DNA of 63,989 bases, the filler included, from Archaeoglobus sp. JdFR-37 (lineage in GTDB: Archaea > Halobacteriota > Archaeoglobi > Archaeoglobales > Archaeoglobaceae): NCBI GenBank assembly GCA_002010215.1. It is 5 parts of 4 records of this genome, joined end to end, with 100 filler letters (N's around TTAATTAATTAA, not from the genome) between each part and the next. Parts side by side here need not be neighbours in the genome. Positions count along the whole stretch, not along the records: positions 15,196 to 44,655 come from MTMY01000040.1; 4 more parts are not named here. One strand, 5' to 3'. Below are positions 21,814-31,964 of the stretch, one piece after another. Both the position numbers and the translations under genes were made by a program. Position 1 is the first letter of the stretch. Every line of letters starts with the position of its first letter. Below the pieces are notes generated by a model, which searched no databases, was not told where the DNA came from, and saw only the letters and a program-made list of their open reading frames with translations.

Positions 21814-21943
21814 GATGAATGACCTAGAGAGTCTATAGGATCCAGAGGACCTTGAGCGGGAATGATTCTATGGTTGATTACATGGTTTTGGTAGGCCCCA
21901 GTACAAAAAGTGAGAATGCAACTTCGATATACTTCAATACACT

Positions 21944-22486
21944 TCAATATAATTCCCCGTCCGTAATCCTATAAATGACTATAAATTCATCCTCTAGCTC
22001 TTCATAGCCTTCAATGATTGCATCCACATCTTGTAAAAGGTCCTCGAAGTAGTCATAAACCCCACATGAATGGCAGAATGGGCCGTAAAACTTTACGACG
22101 ACTCTGTTCTTCTCGTGTCTGACGTATTCAGCCGTTGCCTCAGGAGAATGATACCTGTTGAACTTCTCTATCTCCTCTTTGAAGTTCAGTAGCAGGGTGA
22201 ATTCAAAATTCCCAATATATCCATGTCTCTCTATCCACTTTTTTATATAAGGACAAGAGACTTTTACTTTTTCATATTTTTCTGCAAATTTCAAGCCCTC
22301 TTCGACAACCTTTGAGGCATAACCCTTCCTTTCCTCTCCCTTTGCAGTGAAGGTTGCTATTAAATGAATCTCACCACTTCCCCTATCTTCACCATCCCCA
22401 CCATTCCCTTCCTCATATTCAATCCATGACAGAGTTTTCTTTCCATCCAGCAGCTTTATCTTTCCTTTATCTACCTGGATATCCAT
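21944..22486 (-). CDS. GNAT-like (YjdJ-type) domain fused to a CxxC domain
   Basis: RKGYASKVV..SCPYI, then FNRYHSPEA..GPFCHSCGVYDYFED. Confidence 0.65.
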   Translation of the reverse strand: MDIQVDKGKIKLLDGKKTLSWIEYEEGNGGDGEDRGSGEIHLIATFTAKGEERKGYASKVVEEGLKFAEKYEKVKVSCPYIKKWIERHGYIGNFEFTLLLNFKEEIEKFNRYHSPEATAEYVRHEKNRVVVKFYGPFCHSCGVYDYFEDLLQDVDAIIEGYEELEDEFIVIYRITDGELY

Positions 22487-22558
22487 GAATAGAGAGGTTC
22501 TAGAATAGATTTAGCAATTATTCCGAACATCTTCGAATACTCATTTTACTAATCTTTA

Positions 22559-23443
22559 TCATCTGTAATGATGAGGGAAGGGATGAACTAACTGGACTAA
22601 ACCTGTATCGAACACATCCTTCGCCTCAACAGAGCTGTTCAGGTATCCTAGTTCTAGCATGGCATCTGCCAGTCTTATTGTACTCTCCACATATTCTTCT
22701 GGAAGTGAAGCACAGTATTTGGGACTCATTTCAAGCATTTTCTGAATGTCATCCTGGCTGAGCAAACCGTTGAATGTTTTGAATATTATTTGGGAAGAAG
22801 ATCGGTAGGCCTTCATAAAATTACAGGCCCATTCGTGCTTTATCAGAAAATCCATCAGCAACTCTTCTTTCAAAAATTTCTCCCTGACTACAATTCCGTA
22901 GCTGGGATTGAAGCTCCAGATCATGTCTGGAGGGGCAAAAATTTCGGCTCCAGACTTTATCACAAGAACTGCCAAGCTTGGCGTGCCACATACGGCATCG
23001 AGCTTCCAATCCACGAAGTCCTCAAGTATGAAATCTGCCCAAGGATAGTTGATTATCTCAAAATCCATGTTTTCTCTCAGATTTCTTAAAATTACATCAT
23101 GAATGCTCCCTCTGGATGGAACACCAACCTTCTTCCCTTCGAGCTGCTTCAGTGCTTCCCCGCCCAGTTCTTGATAGCTTTTACCCCTCCCTGCTATCAC
23201 AGTACCCTCAACGTGTCCTCCAGCGACACAGACGATATCAACACCCCTTTCTATCCCGATGATAGCAGGAGGAAGTCCTATATACGCCAGATCTATTTTC
23301 CCATCCTCAAAGGCCTTTACGATCTCTGGTCCTGTCCCGTATAGCTTCCATTCAGCTTTGACGAGTCTTAATTCTCGAAGAATGTGTGAGGTGTGATATG
23401 CTGTCGAGAGAAATCCAATCCTGAGTTTATCCGGGTTATTCAC
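22559..23443 (-). CDS. SsuA/NitT-family substrate-binding protein
   Basis: TGPEIV.AF..G.IDLAYIG.PPA, GVPSRGSIHDV; overlaps the comDE stop. Confidence 0.8.
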   Translation of the reverse strand: MNNPDKLRIGFLSTAYHTSHILRELRLVKAEWKLYGTGPEIVKAFEDGKIDLAYIGLPPAIIGIERGVDIVCVAGGHVEGTVIAGRGKSYQELGGEALKQLEGKKVGVPSRGSIHDVILRNLRENMDFEIINYPWADFILEDFVDWKLDAVCGTPSLAVLVIKSGAEIFAPPDMIWSFNPSYGIVVREKFLKEELLMDFLIKHEWACNFMKAYRSSSQIIFKTFNGLLSQDDIQKMLEMSPKYCASLPEEYVESTIRLADAMLELGYLNSSVEAKDVFDTGLVQLVHPFPHHYR

Positions 23444-24525
23444 CTTATCGCCTCCATGAATCTCTCTTTTATCCGAACCGCTTTTAGTGGTATGGTCGGA
23501 ACATTCGCATTGCCAGGCCTCGCCAGTACATGGATGAATTTAGTATCTTTTGCTTTAAGAAACTCTGCTACCTCATCAGGTTCAGAACTCCTGAAAGTCT
23601 TATCAAATCCAGCAGCAATAGCCAGAAGTTGCAGATCTGCCTTTGCCGCTGCCGTCATCTGATTACCTGTACTTCCATAAGCAGCATTGTCGATAGCAAG
23701 AATGGTAAGCGCTCCAGCTCCAGAATTTATGGCAGTGAAGAGAGTTGATGGATTCATTAGGATGGAGCCATCCCCTTCGATAACCACCACTTCCTTCCCG
23801 GCTAGAGTCAGACCAAGGCCTATGGCTGAAGCAAGACCCATGCTTCCAAGCATGTAAAAATTGGTGGACTGATCAAGAATGTCGTAAAGTTCTCTGCTTG
23901 GATAGCCTATGTTCGACACGATAATTTCGCCAGCAAGCTCATTCTTGATGCCTTCTAGGATTTCATATCTCGTATATCTCGCTCCTCCACCCTGAACCGT
24001 GATATTCTTCTCTGAAACAACAGGGCGAGGAAATGAGATATCGGGCATGGGAGTCCAAATGTCAGGCCTAAGAAGGATTGCTTTTACTTTTCCTTCTTCA
24101 TATGCCCCAGCTACAGTATTTTCAAACTCATCAACATTTTTTCCATCAAATACAATGTATTCGATGCCTAGAGCGTTAAGCAACCTTGGCAATCTTTCTC
24201 CCATGGGTTTCTGAGCTTCAATGGCCTCGCCATACACGCCTCGCCAGCTTATCAGGATGGGTAGTGGCATTTGATAACAGAAGGTTAAGCTCATCAAAGC
24301 GTTAATACAGTTCCCAAAGCCTGAGCTTTGGATAATCATGAGAGGTCTTCGTCCGGCCATATAAAGCCCAGCAGCGATGCCAACCCCTTCTTCTTCCCTA
24401 CAAAGAGTGAGAGAGTCGAAATTCTGGTTTGCAAGATGTATTAACCTTTTGATTTTCTCACAAGGAAGAGAAAGGATAAAATTAATACCAGCACTTTCCA
24501 ATGCTGAGATGACTTCTTCTTCCAT
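23440..24525 (-). CDS. comDE: Sulfopyruvate decarboxylase, fused alpha/beta
   Basis: SLPC, REEEGVGIAAG, QSSGFGN, NFYMLGSMG, GDGSILMN..DN..YGSTGNQ (ThDP motif). Confidence 0.88.
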   Translation of the reverse strand: MEEEVISALESAGINFILSLPCEKIKRLIHLANQNFDSLTLCREEEGVGIAAGLYMAGRRPLMIIQSSGFGNCINALMSLTFCYQMPLPILISWRGVYGEAIEAQKPMGERLPRLLNALGIEYIVFDGKNVDEFENTVAGAYEEGKVKAILLRPDIWTPMPDISFPRPVVSEKNITVQGGGARYTRYEILEGIKNELAGEIIVSNIGYPSRELYDILDQSTNFYMLGSMGLASAIGLGLTLAGKEVVVIEGDGSILMNPSTLFTAINSGAGALTILAIDNAAYGSTGNQMTAAAKADLQLLAIAAGFDKTFRSSEPDEVAEFLKAKDTKFIHVLARPGNANVPTIPLKAVRIKERFMEAIR

Positions 24526-24548
24526 ACATTTCCCTCCTATTTATAAGA

Positions 24549-25739
24549 TCATGCAATCGTCTCCAAATCATCTTCATCGGTGATGACAAAATCCGGTTTG
24601 GGCCTCTTAATCCTATAATCCTTTTTCAACCTCCTGAATCCAGCTCCAGTGATATTCAGCAAAACTTTCCCATCCACATTTGATTTCAGAAGAGCTGCTA
24701 AAGCAACTGCTGCTGCTGGATAAAGGTCCACTCCATAAATCTCCCTGAATAGCTTTCCTGCCTCTTTTGCCTCCCTTTCTGAGGCTGAAACAGCAAATCC
24801 ACCTGTTTCCCCCATTATGTCATACAATCCACCCCTCATTGAGTATAGTGGATTTTTATTTGTGAGAACTTTTGCATAAACAACATCTAAAGGGTCGTAT
24901 TCATACGAGCCAATTTCTCTGCTTTTCCTCTGCCAAGCATCCACTATAGGCGTAAAGGGTTCATTCTGTGCAACAACAATCCTAGGAAGCTTATCAGCCA
25001 TCCCAGAATCTATCAGCCTCCTTGAGCCCTCGTAGAATGCTATAGCTCCGGTTCCGCTTCCTACAGCTTGGAAGTAAACGTCAGGAAGGAAGCCATAGGT
25101 TTCCAGAAAAGCATAGGCGAGGGTTGCCAAAGCATCCCTCCTTGCCACATTTCTACCACCACCCTCATACTCTATACCCTTTAGCTCTGCAAATTTTCGT
25201 GCCAAGTTTGATGCATCATCGTAAGAACCATCAACCATTACCAGCGTCGCATTCTCACTCTTTTCATAGCAGAAGACGCATTCAAAAACCCTTTCAGGGA
25301 CAAAAAGATATACATTTATGTCTTCATAGTGTGAGAATGTAAGAAAAGCGTTTGCTGTATTCCCTACAGAAGCTAAAGCTATGTCTGCCCCTTTTTCTGC
25401 TGCGTAACGTAATGAAACGGCTGCTTCAATTTCCTTGAACGTGCATGTAATCAGTTCAGCACCAATTTCTGGAAAATAGCCGTGAAAGGCAATATACACC
25501 TCTGCCCCAACTTCAGAGCTGAGTTCCGGGCTTTTGAACAGAACAGGTTTCCCGATGTAACTGTTTTCGCCTTCTACAGGCAGCCAGTTGGCATATCTCC
25601 ATATTCCCTGTCCTTTTGGGTGAAAGAGAGAGGGATAGTGTGTTGAGATGATAGATGAACACCCAGCAGGGCAGGAGAACGCAAACCCATTATCTTGAAA
25701 CTTCAATCCACAATTTCTGCAGACAAGGCTGTACTTCAT
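24549..25739 (-). CDS. Cysteate synthase (PLP-dependent, threonine synthase-like)
   Basis: TCTFKEIEA (PLP Lys), EGGGRNVARRD, YFQAVGSGTGAIA, QNEPFTPI; directly upstream of comDE. Confidence 0.85.
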   Translation of the reverse strand: MKYSLVCRNCGLKFQDNGFAFSCPAGCSSIISTHYPSLFHPKGQGIWRYANWLPVEGENSYIGKPVLFKSPELSSEVGAEVYIAFHGYFPEIGAELITCTFKEIEAAVSLRYAAEKGADIALASVGNTANAFLTFSHYEDINVYLFVPERVFECVFCYEKSENATLVMVDGSYDDASNLARKFAELKGIEYEGGGRNVARRDALATLAYAFLETYGFLPDVYFQAVGSGTGAIAFYEGSRRLIDSGMADKLPRIVVAQNEPFTPIVDAWQRKSREIGSYEYDPLDVVYAKVLTNKNPLYSMRGGLYDIMGETGGFAVSASEREAKEAGKLFREIYGVDLYPAAAVALAALLKSNVDGKVLLNITGAGFRRLKKDYRIKRPKPDFVITDEDDLETIA

Positions 25740-25937
25740 TAATACTCCCTTAGAGGATGATTTTAAAAATCTTCTCGATACCAGTGTTTTTCTGAGATTC
25801 TTAGAATATCCCTCCGCAACCAATTCTCAGTAAAACCTGAAACTTGAAAATTGGAGAGAATCATTAAATAAATTCTTAAATAAAACAAGCTCTAAAATAA
25901 AAGAGGATAAACAAACAGCCAAAAGAGGTGAAAACCT

Positions 25938-26678
25938 ATGCAGCCACATTCATCCACACTCAACAAAGTTACCGAAATTCTCAGAAACGCAAAACATGCT
26001 GTTGTGCTCACTGGAGCTGGCATATCTGCTGAGAGTGGAATACCAACTTTTCGAGGTAAAGATGGGCTCTGGAACCGCTACAGACCTGAAGAGCTGGCAA
26101 CTCCTGAGGCATTCACAAGAGATCCAAAGCTGGTCTGGGAATGGTACGCCTGGAGGATGGGTATCATTTTCTCAGCGAGGCCAAGCGGAGCACACAGAAC
26201 TATTGCGGAAATGGAAAAGAATGAGATAATTAAGGCAGTAATAACCCAGAATGTAGACGACCTTCACGAGAGGGCAGGTAGCAGGAACGTGCTTCATCTC
26301 CACGGCGAGATAGCTAAGATTATATGCTCAAACAGGCGGTGCAACTACTCAGTCAGGGTAAAAGAGGCGCCCGAAATCAACCCCTTGCCTGAATGTCCTG
26401 AATGTGGCAACCTTCTACGTCCAGGAGTTGTATGGTTTGGAGAAGCACTGCCAGCAGATGTTTTGCGTAAGGCCATGGAACTGTGCGAGAAGAGTGATGT
26501 TATACTGGTTGTGGGGACATCAGCAGTTGTTCAGCCAGCAGCATCCCTACCGCTAATCGTGAAACGAAATGGAGGGATGATAATTGAAATCAATCCTGAT
26601 GAGACTCCCATCACACCCTTCAGCCTGAGTATTCGGAAGCCAGCATCTGCACTGGAAGAGATCATGAGACTTCTTTAA
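25938..26678 (+). CDS. cobB: NAD-dependent protein deacylase (sirtuin)
   Basis: TGAGISAESGIPTFRG, TQNVDDLH, LHG, RPGVVWFGE, GTSAVVQP. Confidence 0.93.
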   Translation: MQPHSSTLNKVTEILRNAKHAVVLTGAGISAESGIPTFRGKDGLWNRYRPEELATPEAFTRDPKLVWEWYAWRMGIIFSARPSGAHRTIAEMEKNEIIKAVITQNVDDLHERAGSRNVLHLHGEIAKIICSNRRCNYSVRVKEAPEINPLPECPECGNLLRPGVVWFGEALPADVLRKAMELCEKSDVILVVGTSAVVQPAASLPLIVKRNGGMIIEINPDETPITPFSLSIRKPASALEEIMRLL

Positions 26679-26720
26679 TCAATTTAGGCCGATTAATCAA
26701 TTGCCAACTGACTGTCCAAA

Positions 26721-27440
26721 CTACCCCTTAGTAATCAAATCCACATCTATTCTGGCTGCAACAATCTCGGGAACATCACCAACCATGGCGATAGCACCAT
26801 CCTTGATGACTACCGCTGCTGTTACATGCCTCCTGGCATTTTCCCAGAATGATTTCAGGGCCTCTTCAATCTCACGTTTCCCGTAATTCTCCTTGATTGT
26901 ATTTCCAAGGGCCGTCGCAAAGGCATCGGCAACGCTGACATCGTAACCAAATATAGTTGCTGCGTCAGCATCTCCAAAGCTTATGGAAGGTCCTATTCTG
27001 CCACTTGATGTGCAAACAGCTTTAATTCTATCCTCAGGTTCTATCCTGAAGGCTATGCTTTTCTCACTTCCGGCATAAACTCCGATTGTCACCGGCTCGT
27101 CAATATACATGGCTATATCGCCACCATTGTCCACAATCGCAAAGCTCGCACCTTTTTCGACCATCCTTTCAACAGCAAAAACCGCAATTGTTCCGGCAAC
27201 GGCAGCCATAGGGCCAACGCCGGCCAGCTTAGAAGCTCTACACATCCTCTCTACAATCTCGCCCTTGCAATCGTAGGGTTCAAAGGTGGAATAAAAAAAG
27301 GGATCTCTTTTAATAAACTCCTCTATTCTTTTTCTCGCCTCCAGCATCGCCTTTTTTGCCACTTCAAAGTATCTATCGCTCTCTACCAATACAGTGGTGA
27401 TGGTTTCTTTATGCCTGAAGTAGTACCTTTTATATTTCAT
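26721..27440 (-). CDS. UPF0280/ApbE-like protein (COG2122, sulfide assimilation-associated)
   Basis: GVGPMAAVAG, DNGGDIA, CTSSG..GPSISFG.AD. Confidence 0.88.
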   Translation of the reverse strand: MKYKRYYFRHKETITTVLVESDRYFEVAKKAMLEARKRIEEFIKRDPFFYSTFEPYDCKGEIVERMCRASKLAGVGPMAAVAGTIAVFAVERMVEKGASFAIVDNGGDIAMYIDEPVTIGVYAGSEKSIAFRIEPEDRIKAVCTSSGRIGPSISFGDADAATIFGYDVSVADAFATALGNTIKENYGKREIEEALKSFWENARRHVTAAVVIKDGAIAMVGDVPEIVAARIDVDLITKG

Positions 27441-27471
27441 CCTCGTAGTTTCAACGTCCCTATTCTTGTCC

Positions 27472-27858
27472 TCATTCTGGCAGGCTAAGAGCTGACAGAG
27501 GACATACTGTAACGCAGACTCCGCAGCGTATACACTTCTGTGAATCTGCAACGACTTTCTTATCATCAGCTACGCTGAACACCTCGACGGGGCAGATACT
27601 TATACATGCCCCGCAGTGAACGCAGAGCTCATCATCCTTCTCTATTCTTCCTTCGATCTTCACTGCTTCAACCCCGAAAGCCCTGAGCTTTTCCATTACC
27701 TCATCCGCTTTCGCATCTTCAACCTCGATGATGATCTCTCCCTGCCTTGCGCCCACACTGGCTTTGATTATGTTTAGGAGGGTTTCAGTTTCGATGGCGG
27801 TTTTAGCTATGATTGGTTCCCTTACAGATCTCGAATCATATTTGAGTAGGATCATCAT
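27472..27858 (-). CDS. NIL-domain 2x[4Fe-4S] ferredoxin, partner of the homocysteine synthesis enzyme
   Basis: N-terminal NIL-like domain (NII); CVHCGACISICP and CIRCGVCVTVCP. Confidence 0.88.
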   Translation of the reverse strand: MMILLKYDSRSVREPIIAKTAIETETLLNIIKASVGARQGEIIIEVEDAKADEVMEKLRAFGVEAVKIEGRIEKDDELCVHCGACISICPVEVFSVADDKKVVADSQKCIRCGVCVTVCPLSALSLPE

Positions 27859-27871
27859 GATATCTCCCCCA

Positions 27872-29398
27872 TCACCCTACCAGAAGCTTGCTCAAGTCTT
27901 CGCTGGTCACAAGCCCTATGACGTGCCTCTTTGTGTCAACAACTGGAAGTGCCGAAATGCTGTGCTGTTCCATTTTTCTCGCTGCCACTTCAATAGGCTC
28001 ATCCGGCAGAGCTGTTATAACCTTCCTAGTCATTATCTCCGAAACGCTTCCAGTCTTTCCCGTCGCCACGGCCTTTGCAATGTCCCAAGAAGTGACGATT
28101 CCGATGAGTACACCCTCGTTGTCGACAACAGGCAGGTGATTCACATTATTCGTGATTATGATTTGTGAGGCATCCTGAACGCTCGTCGTTTCTCTGATAG
28201 CAATCGCCTTCTCCATGACGCTCTTCACAACCTTCACTTCCTTATGCCTCAAAGGTTTAAACACTTCCTTTTGCGGGATTCTCTCAACAGGCATGCTCAG
28301 GAAGAACTCTGCTTTCTCTATCATCTTTTTCAGCTCTTCTGCAATCTTGATAGAGTGGTAGTAGCTTGACAGCGGAGATACCCTTACTTCCTCTCCATTT
28401 ATCTCCACTTTGCCGCTTTTCAGCTCAGCGTAGGTTACCTTTTTCACCACAGGTCTGTCCCTGCGGGGCACTCCGAAGTCTATTATGGAAGTCTCAATTT
28501 TGTCATCTGTAATCCCCGTTGCCTCTGCTATCTTCGCATCCAGAATTGGAATTGGAATGCCTATACCCACGAAAAGCGTAGTGCCATAGCCCGGAAATGT
28601 TGCCCCTCTCAGCCATTCTGCGCTCATCTCCTTCAGGTTCCCCTTAACCATCAGTGTTCCGAAGGGTGGTGCGTGCTGCGTGCCCTCTCCAATAACGTAT
28701 CCCTTGGCTCCTCCAAGGAAGATGCGGGTTCCAACACCTATTGTTCGATATTCTGGATCATTGTTCAATGGTGAGAGCTCCCCCACCCCCGCAAATGTGA
28801 CATTACCAAAATTCGGAAGCAACGTTCCCATGTAGGTTCGAAGAACCCTATCAGAAGAGTTGGTGGCTGCTCTGTAGCGCTGGTATGCATTTCTCGGATT
28901 CACCATCACTGCTTGATTAACATCCTCAAGCCCTATTTCCGTCACTATCTCCTTGCGAGGATAGCAGTCGGTTCCGTACGCCGTTGCCCTCAGCTCCACT
29001 TCCCTGCCTCTAACCAAGTCCTCAATTACGTGACCTCCGCCGTACTCCATTCCCCTCGTCTCTGAAAGCTGTGTCACGCCAAGGTATGCATCCACTGCAG
29101 CAACACCCGTATAAGCCTCAACATCATTCAACCAGACTCTCTGCATTTTTATCGGCGGGTCTGAGTGTCCGAAGTTGAAGAAAACGCCAGAAGAGCACAT
29201 CGCCCCGAACGTTCCGGTTGTAACCACATCAACCTCCTCAGCAGCTTTCTCTGCACCCAGTTCTGCCACGACATCCTTCATTTCCAGAGCAGTTACAACG
29301 TTAGCGCTGCCTTCCTTAATTTTCTGATTAATCTCATCCACAGTCTTCACGGTTTTCACGCAGCCACCTTCTGCATCAAGCATATAAAGATATCGCAT
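27872..29398 (-). CDS. L-aspartate semialdehyde sulfurtransferase (COG1900/DUF39 + CBS), homocysteine biosynthesis
   Basis: DVVTTGTFGAMCSSG, YGGGHVI, GTDCYPR, NPRNAYQ, C-terminal CBS pair. Confidence 0.9.
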   Translation of the reverse strand: MRYLYMLDAEGGCVKTVKTVDEINQKIKEGSANVVTALEMKDVVAELGAEKAAEEVDVVTTGTFGAMCSSGVFFNFGHSDPPIKMQRVWLNDVEAYTGVAAVDAYLGVTQLSETRGMEYGGGHVIEDLVRGREVELRATAYGTDCYPRKEIVTEIGLEDVNQAVMVNPRNAYQRYRAATNSSDRVLRTYMGTLLPNFGNVTFAGVGELSPLNNDPEYRTIGVGTRIFLGGAKGYVIGEGTQHAPPFGTLMVKGNLKEMSAEWLRGATFPGYGTTLFVGIGIPIPILDAKIAEATGITDDKIETSIIDFGVPRRDRPVVKKVTYAELKSGKVEINGEEVRVSPLSSYYHSIKIAEELKKMIEKAEFFLSMPVERIPQKEVFKPLRHKEVKVVKSVMEKAIAIRETTSVQDASQIIITNNVNHLPVVDNEGVLIGIVTSWDIAKAVATGKTGSVSEIMTRKVITALPDEPIEVAARKMEQHSISALPVVDTKRHVIGLVTSEDLSKLLVG

Positions 29399-29632
29399 TT
29401 TTTCATAACCCAGTATTACAATTGATAATTACCTGAGAGGTTAGGCAATTGGAAACCGATTGCTGACAGCAACAATTAGATACTGATTAATCAGGAGAAA
29501 TATTCTGCTGAGAGTTTTGCTGAGAGCTTATTTAACAAAATTTAAATAATCCAGCCAAAAAATGGCTTCTGATTTAGGGGTAAAATCCAGCTGAATAAAT
29601 TTTAGCGTCTCAGAGACGAAAGGGGTGAGAAG

Positions 29633-31198
29633 GTGTCGAGGCTTGGCGAGCATCCTATAGTAGATTTTGATAGAGGTCGAGAAGTTACAATATATTTCAA
29701 TGGAAAGCCAATAAAGGCTTATGAGGGTGAAACTGTTGCTGCTGCCCTTTACGCTGCTGGTATCAGGGTTTTCAGCCGTTCTTTTAGATTTCACCGCCCA
29801 AGGGGCTTTTTCTGTGCAATAGGAAAGTGTTCAGCCTGTATGATGGAAGTTGATGGAATACCAAATGTCAGAATCTGCAAAGTTTATGTAAGGGATGGAA
29901 TGGAGCTCAGAACTCAGAATTCCCTGCCAAATGCTGAAAACGATATATACAGCATGTTTGATTCCATGATTGACCGCTTTTTCCCGCATGGAAGCCATTA
30001 CAAGAAATTCACAAAGCCAAAGTTTGTTAGAGAGCTAGTAACAGCCCAGATGAGAAAGTTCACAGGCATGGGAGAATTTCCGAAGGCTGAGCTGAATGAG
30101 AAGGGAGAGTATGAAGAAATTGAAACAGACATTGCCATAGTGGGCGGCGGCCCTGCTGGCCTATCTGCTGCTATTTACGCTGGTAGAACAGGAGCAAAAG
30201 TCATTCTGATGGACGAAAACCCGTATCTGGGAGGGCAGCTTATTAAGCAGACTCATCGTTTCTTCGGAAGCGGAAGGCACATGGCAGGGACGAGAGGTAT
30301 TAGAATCGGAGAAATTCTCCAGAAGGAGCTTTATGAGCTGCCCAACATCGATATCAGAACGGAGACGAAGGTTTTTGGGATATATGATGGTGTTGTGGCC
30401 GCCGTAGAAAAAGACACCAAACTTCTGAAAATTAAGCCAAAGAAGATTATTATTGCTACTGGTGCCTACGAAAGAACTCTCATCTTCGAGAACAATGACC
30501 TTCCGGGAGTTTATGGGGCTGGAGGAGTCCAGACATTGATGAACGTTTACGGTATAAAGCCTGGTGAGAGGGGACTTATCGTTGGTTCAGGAAATGTGGG
30601 CCTGATTCTGACCTATCAGCTTATGCAGGCTGGCGTTGAGGTTGCAGCCATCGTAGAGGCCATGCCAAGGGTAGGCGGCTATTTTGTCCATGCTGCTAAG
30701 GTGAGGAGGTTAGGTGTGCCTATATACACCAAACACACAATAAAGAGGGCAATAGGGAAGAAGAAAGTTGAAGGAGCAGAAATTGCAAGACTAGATGAGA
30801 ACTGGTGTGTTGTAGAGGGGAGCGAGAAAAGAATAGACTGTGACTTCATCTGTGTTGCTGTGGGTCTAAGTCCTGCCCATGAACTACTTTACCACGCCGG
30901 AGTTGAGATGAGATTCATACCGGAGCTTGGCGGCTTCGTGCCAACCAGAAACCGCTACGGTGAGACTACGAAGCCAGGAATCTATGTTGCTGGCGATGTT
31001 GCTGGCATAGAGGAAGCTACTGCGGCAATGATGGAGGGCAGGATTGCAGGGCTTGATGCAGCAATAAAACTGGGCTATGGAGACGAGGAGACTGTTAGAC
31101 TCAGGGACGAGATTGTGGAAGATCTTGATGAATTCAGAAAGGGGCCATTTGGAGAAAGAATTGTCGCTGGCTTGAAGAAAATCGTTGTGGAGGGGTAG
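29633..31198 (+). CDS. Dye-linked L-proline dehydrogenase / sarcosine oxidase-like alpha subunit
   Basis: HRPRGFFCAIGKCSAC, GGGPAG, ATGA, AGD. Confidence 0.85.
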   Translation: MSRLGEHPIVDFDRGREVTIYFNGKPIKAYEGETVAAALYAAGIRVFSRSFRFHRPRGFFCAIGKCSACMMEVDGIPNVRICKVYVRDGMELRTQNSLPNAENDIYSMFDSMIDRFFPHGSHYKKFTKPKFVRELVTAQMRKFTGMGEFPKAELNEKGEYEEIETDIAIVGGGPAGLSAAIYAGRTGAKVILMDENPYLGGQLIKQTHRFFGSGRHMAGTRGIRIGEILQKELYELPNIDIRTETKVFGIYDGVVAAVEKDTKLLKIKPKKIIIATGAYERTLIFENNDLPGVYGAGGVQTLMNVYGIKPGERGLIVGSGNVGLILTYQLMQAGVEVAAIVEAMPRVGGYFVHAAKVRRLGVPIYTKHTIKRAIGKKKVEGAEIARLDENWCVVEGSEKRIDCDFICVAVGLSPAHELLYHAGVEMRFIPELGGFVPTRNRYGETTKPGIYVAGDVAGIEEATAAMMEGRIAGLDAAIKLGYGDEETVRLRDEIVEDLDEFRKGPFGERIVAGLKKIVVEG

Positions 31199-31200
31199 AA

Positions 31201-31695
31201 ATGAGTGACATGAAGTATCTCGAGAGAGGCTATATCGAGAATGACGAATTGCCTCCTTTACCCAGTGAGGAGAGGCTAACAGGGAAAAGGCCAGTTGCTT
31301 ACATTGAATGCCCTCAACCTATTCCCTGCTCTCCATGTCTGGAATCCTGCAAATATGATGCGATAAAAATGGAAAACATAAACGATCCTCCAGAAGTCAT
31401 TTACGAGAACTGTATAGGCTGTATGGCATGCATAAGGGTGTGCCCGGGACTTGCCATTTTCATGCTTCATATCAAAGATGATAAGGGCTATGTAACGCTG
31501 CAGTACGAATTCATACCTTGGCTGAAAAAGGGTGACAGGGTGAAGCTTCTTAACAGGAAAGGTGAGGAAGTGGGAGAAGGCGTTGTAACATGGGCTCTTG
31601 CACCGGAAAGAAACGATAGAACCCAGCTTGTGACAGTTGAAATTCCGAAAGATCTGATTTTTGAAGTCAGAGCTGTAAAGAGGTGGGAGCAGTGA
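31201..31695 (+). CDS. 4Fe-4S subunit of the same complex
   Basis: ECPQPIPCSPC..C and CIGCMACIRVCP. Confidence 0.85.
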   Translation: MSDMKYLERGYIENDELPPLPSEERLTGKRPVAYIECPQPIPCSPCLESCKYDAIKMENINDPPEVIYENCIGCMACIRVCPGLAIFMLHIKDDKGYVTLQYEFIPWLKKGDRVKLLNRKGEEVGEGVVTWALAPERNDRTQLVTVEIPKDLIFEVRAVKRWEQ

Positions 31696-31964
31696 AGGAT
31701 AGAAGGATTGTTTGCAGGTGTGAGGACCTCACAGAAGAGGAAATAATCCACGCAATCGAAGAAGGATACGATAACCTCGAAAGTCTGAAGAGATATACAG
31801 GGGCAACAACAGGATCCTGTCAGGGTAAAGGCTGTTTAATGCACATAATAAGAATTCTGAGTCAGAAAACAGGAAAAAGCCCAGACGAGATTGGTCTCAC
31901 AACTCAACGCCCACCAGTAAACCCGGTTCCCCTCTTCCTGCTTGCAGAAGGTGATGAAAAATGA
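31692..31964 (+). CDS. BFD-like (2Fe-2S) small subunit
   Basis: VCRCED..G..G.CQG.GC..RPP. Confidence 0.85.
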   Translation: MKDRRIVCRCEDLTEEEIIHAIEEGYDNLESLKRYTGATTGSCQGKGCLMHIIRILSQKTGKSPDEIGLTTQRPPVNPVPLFLLAEGDEK

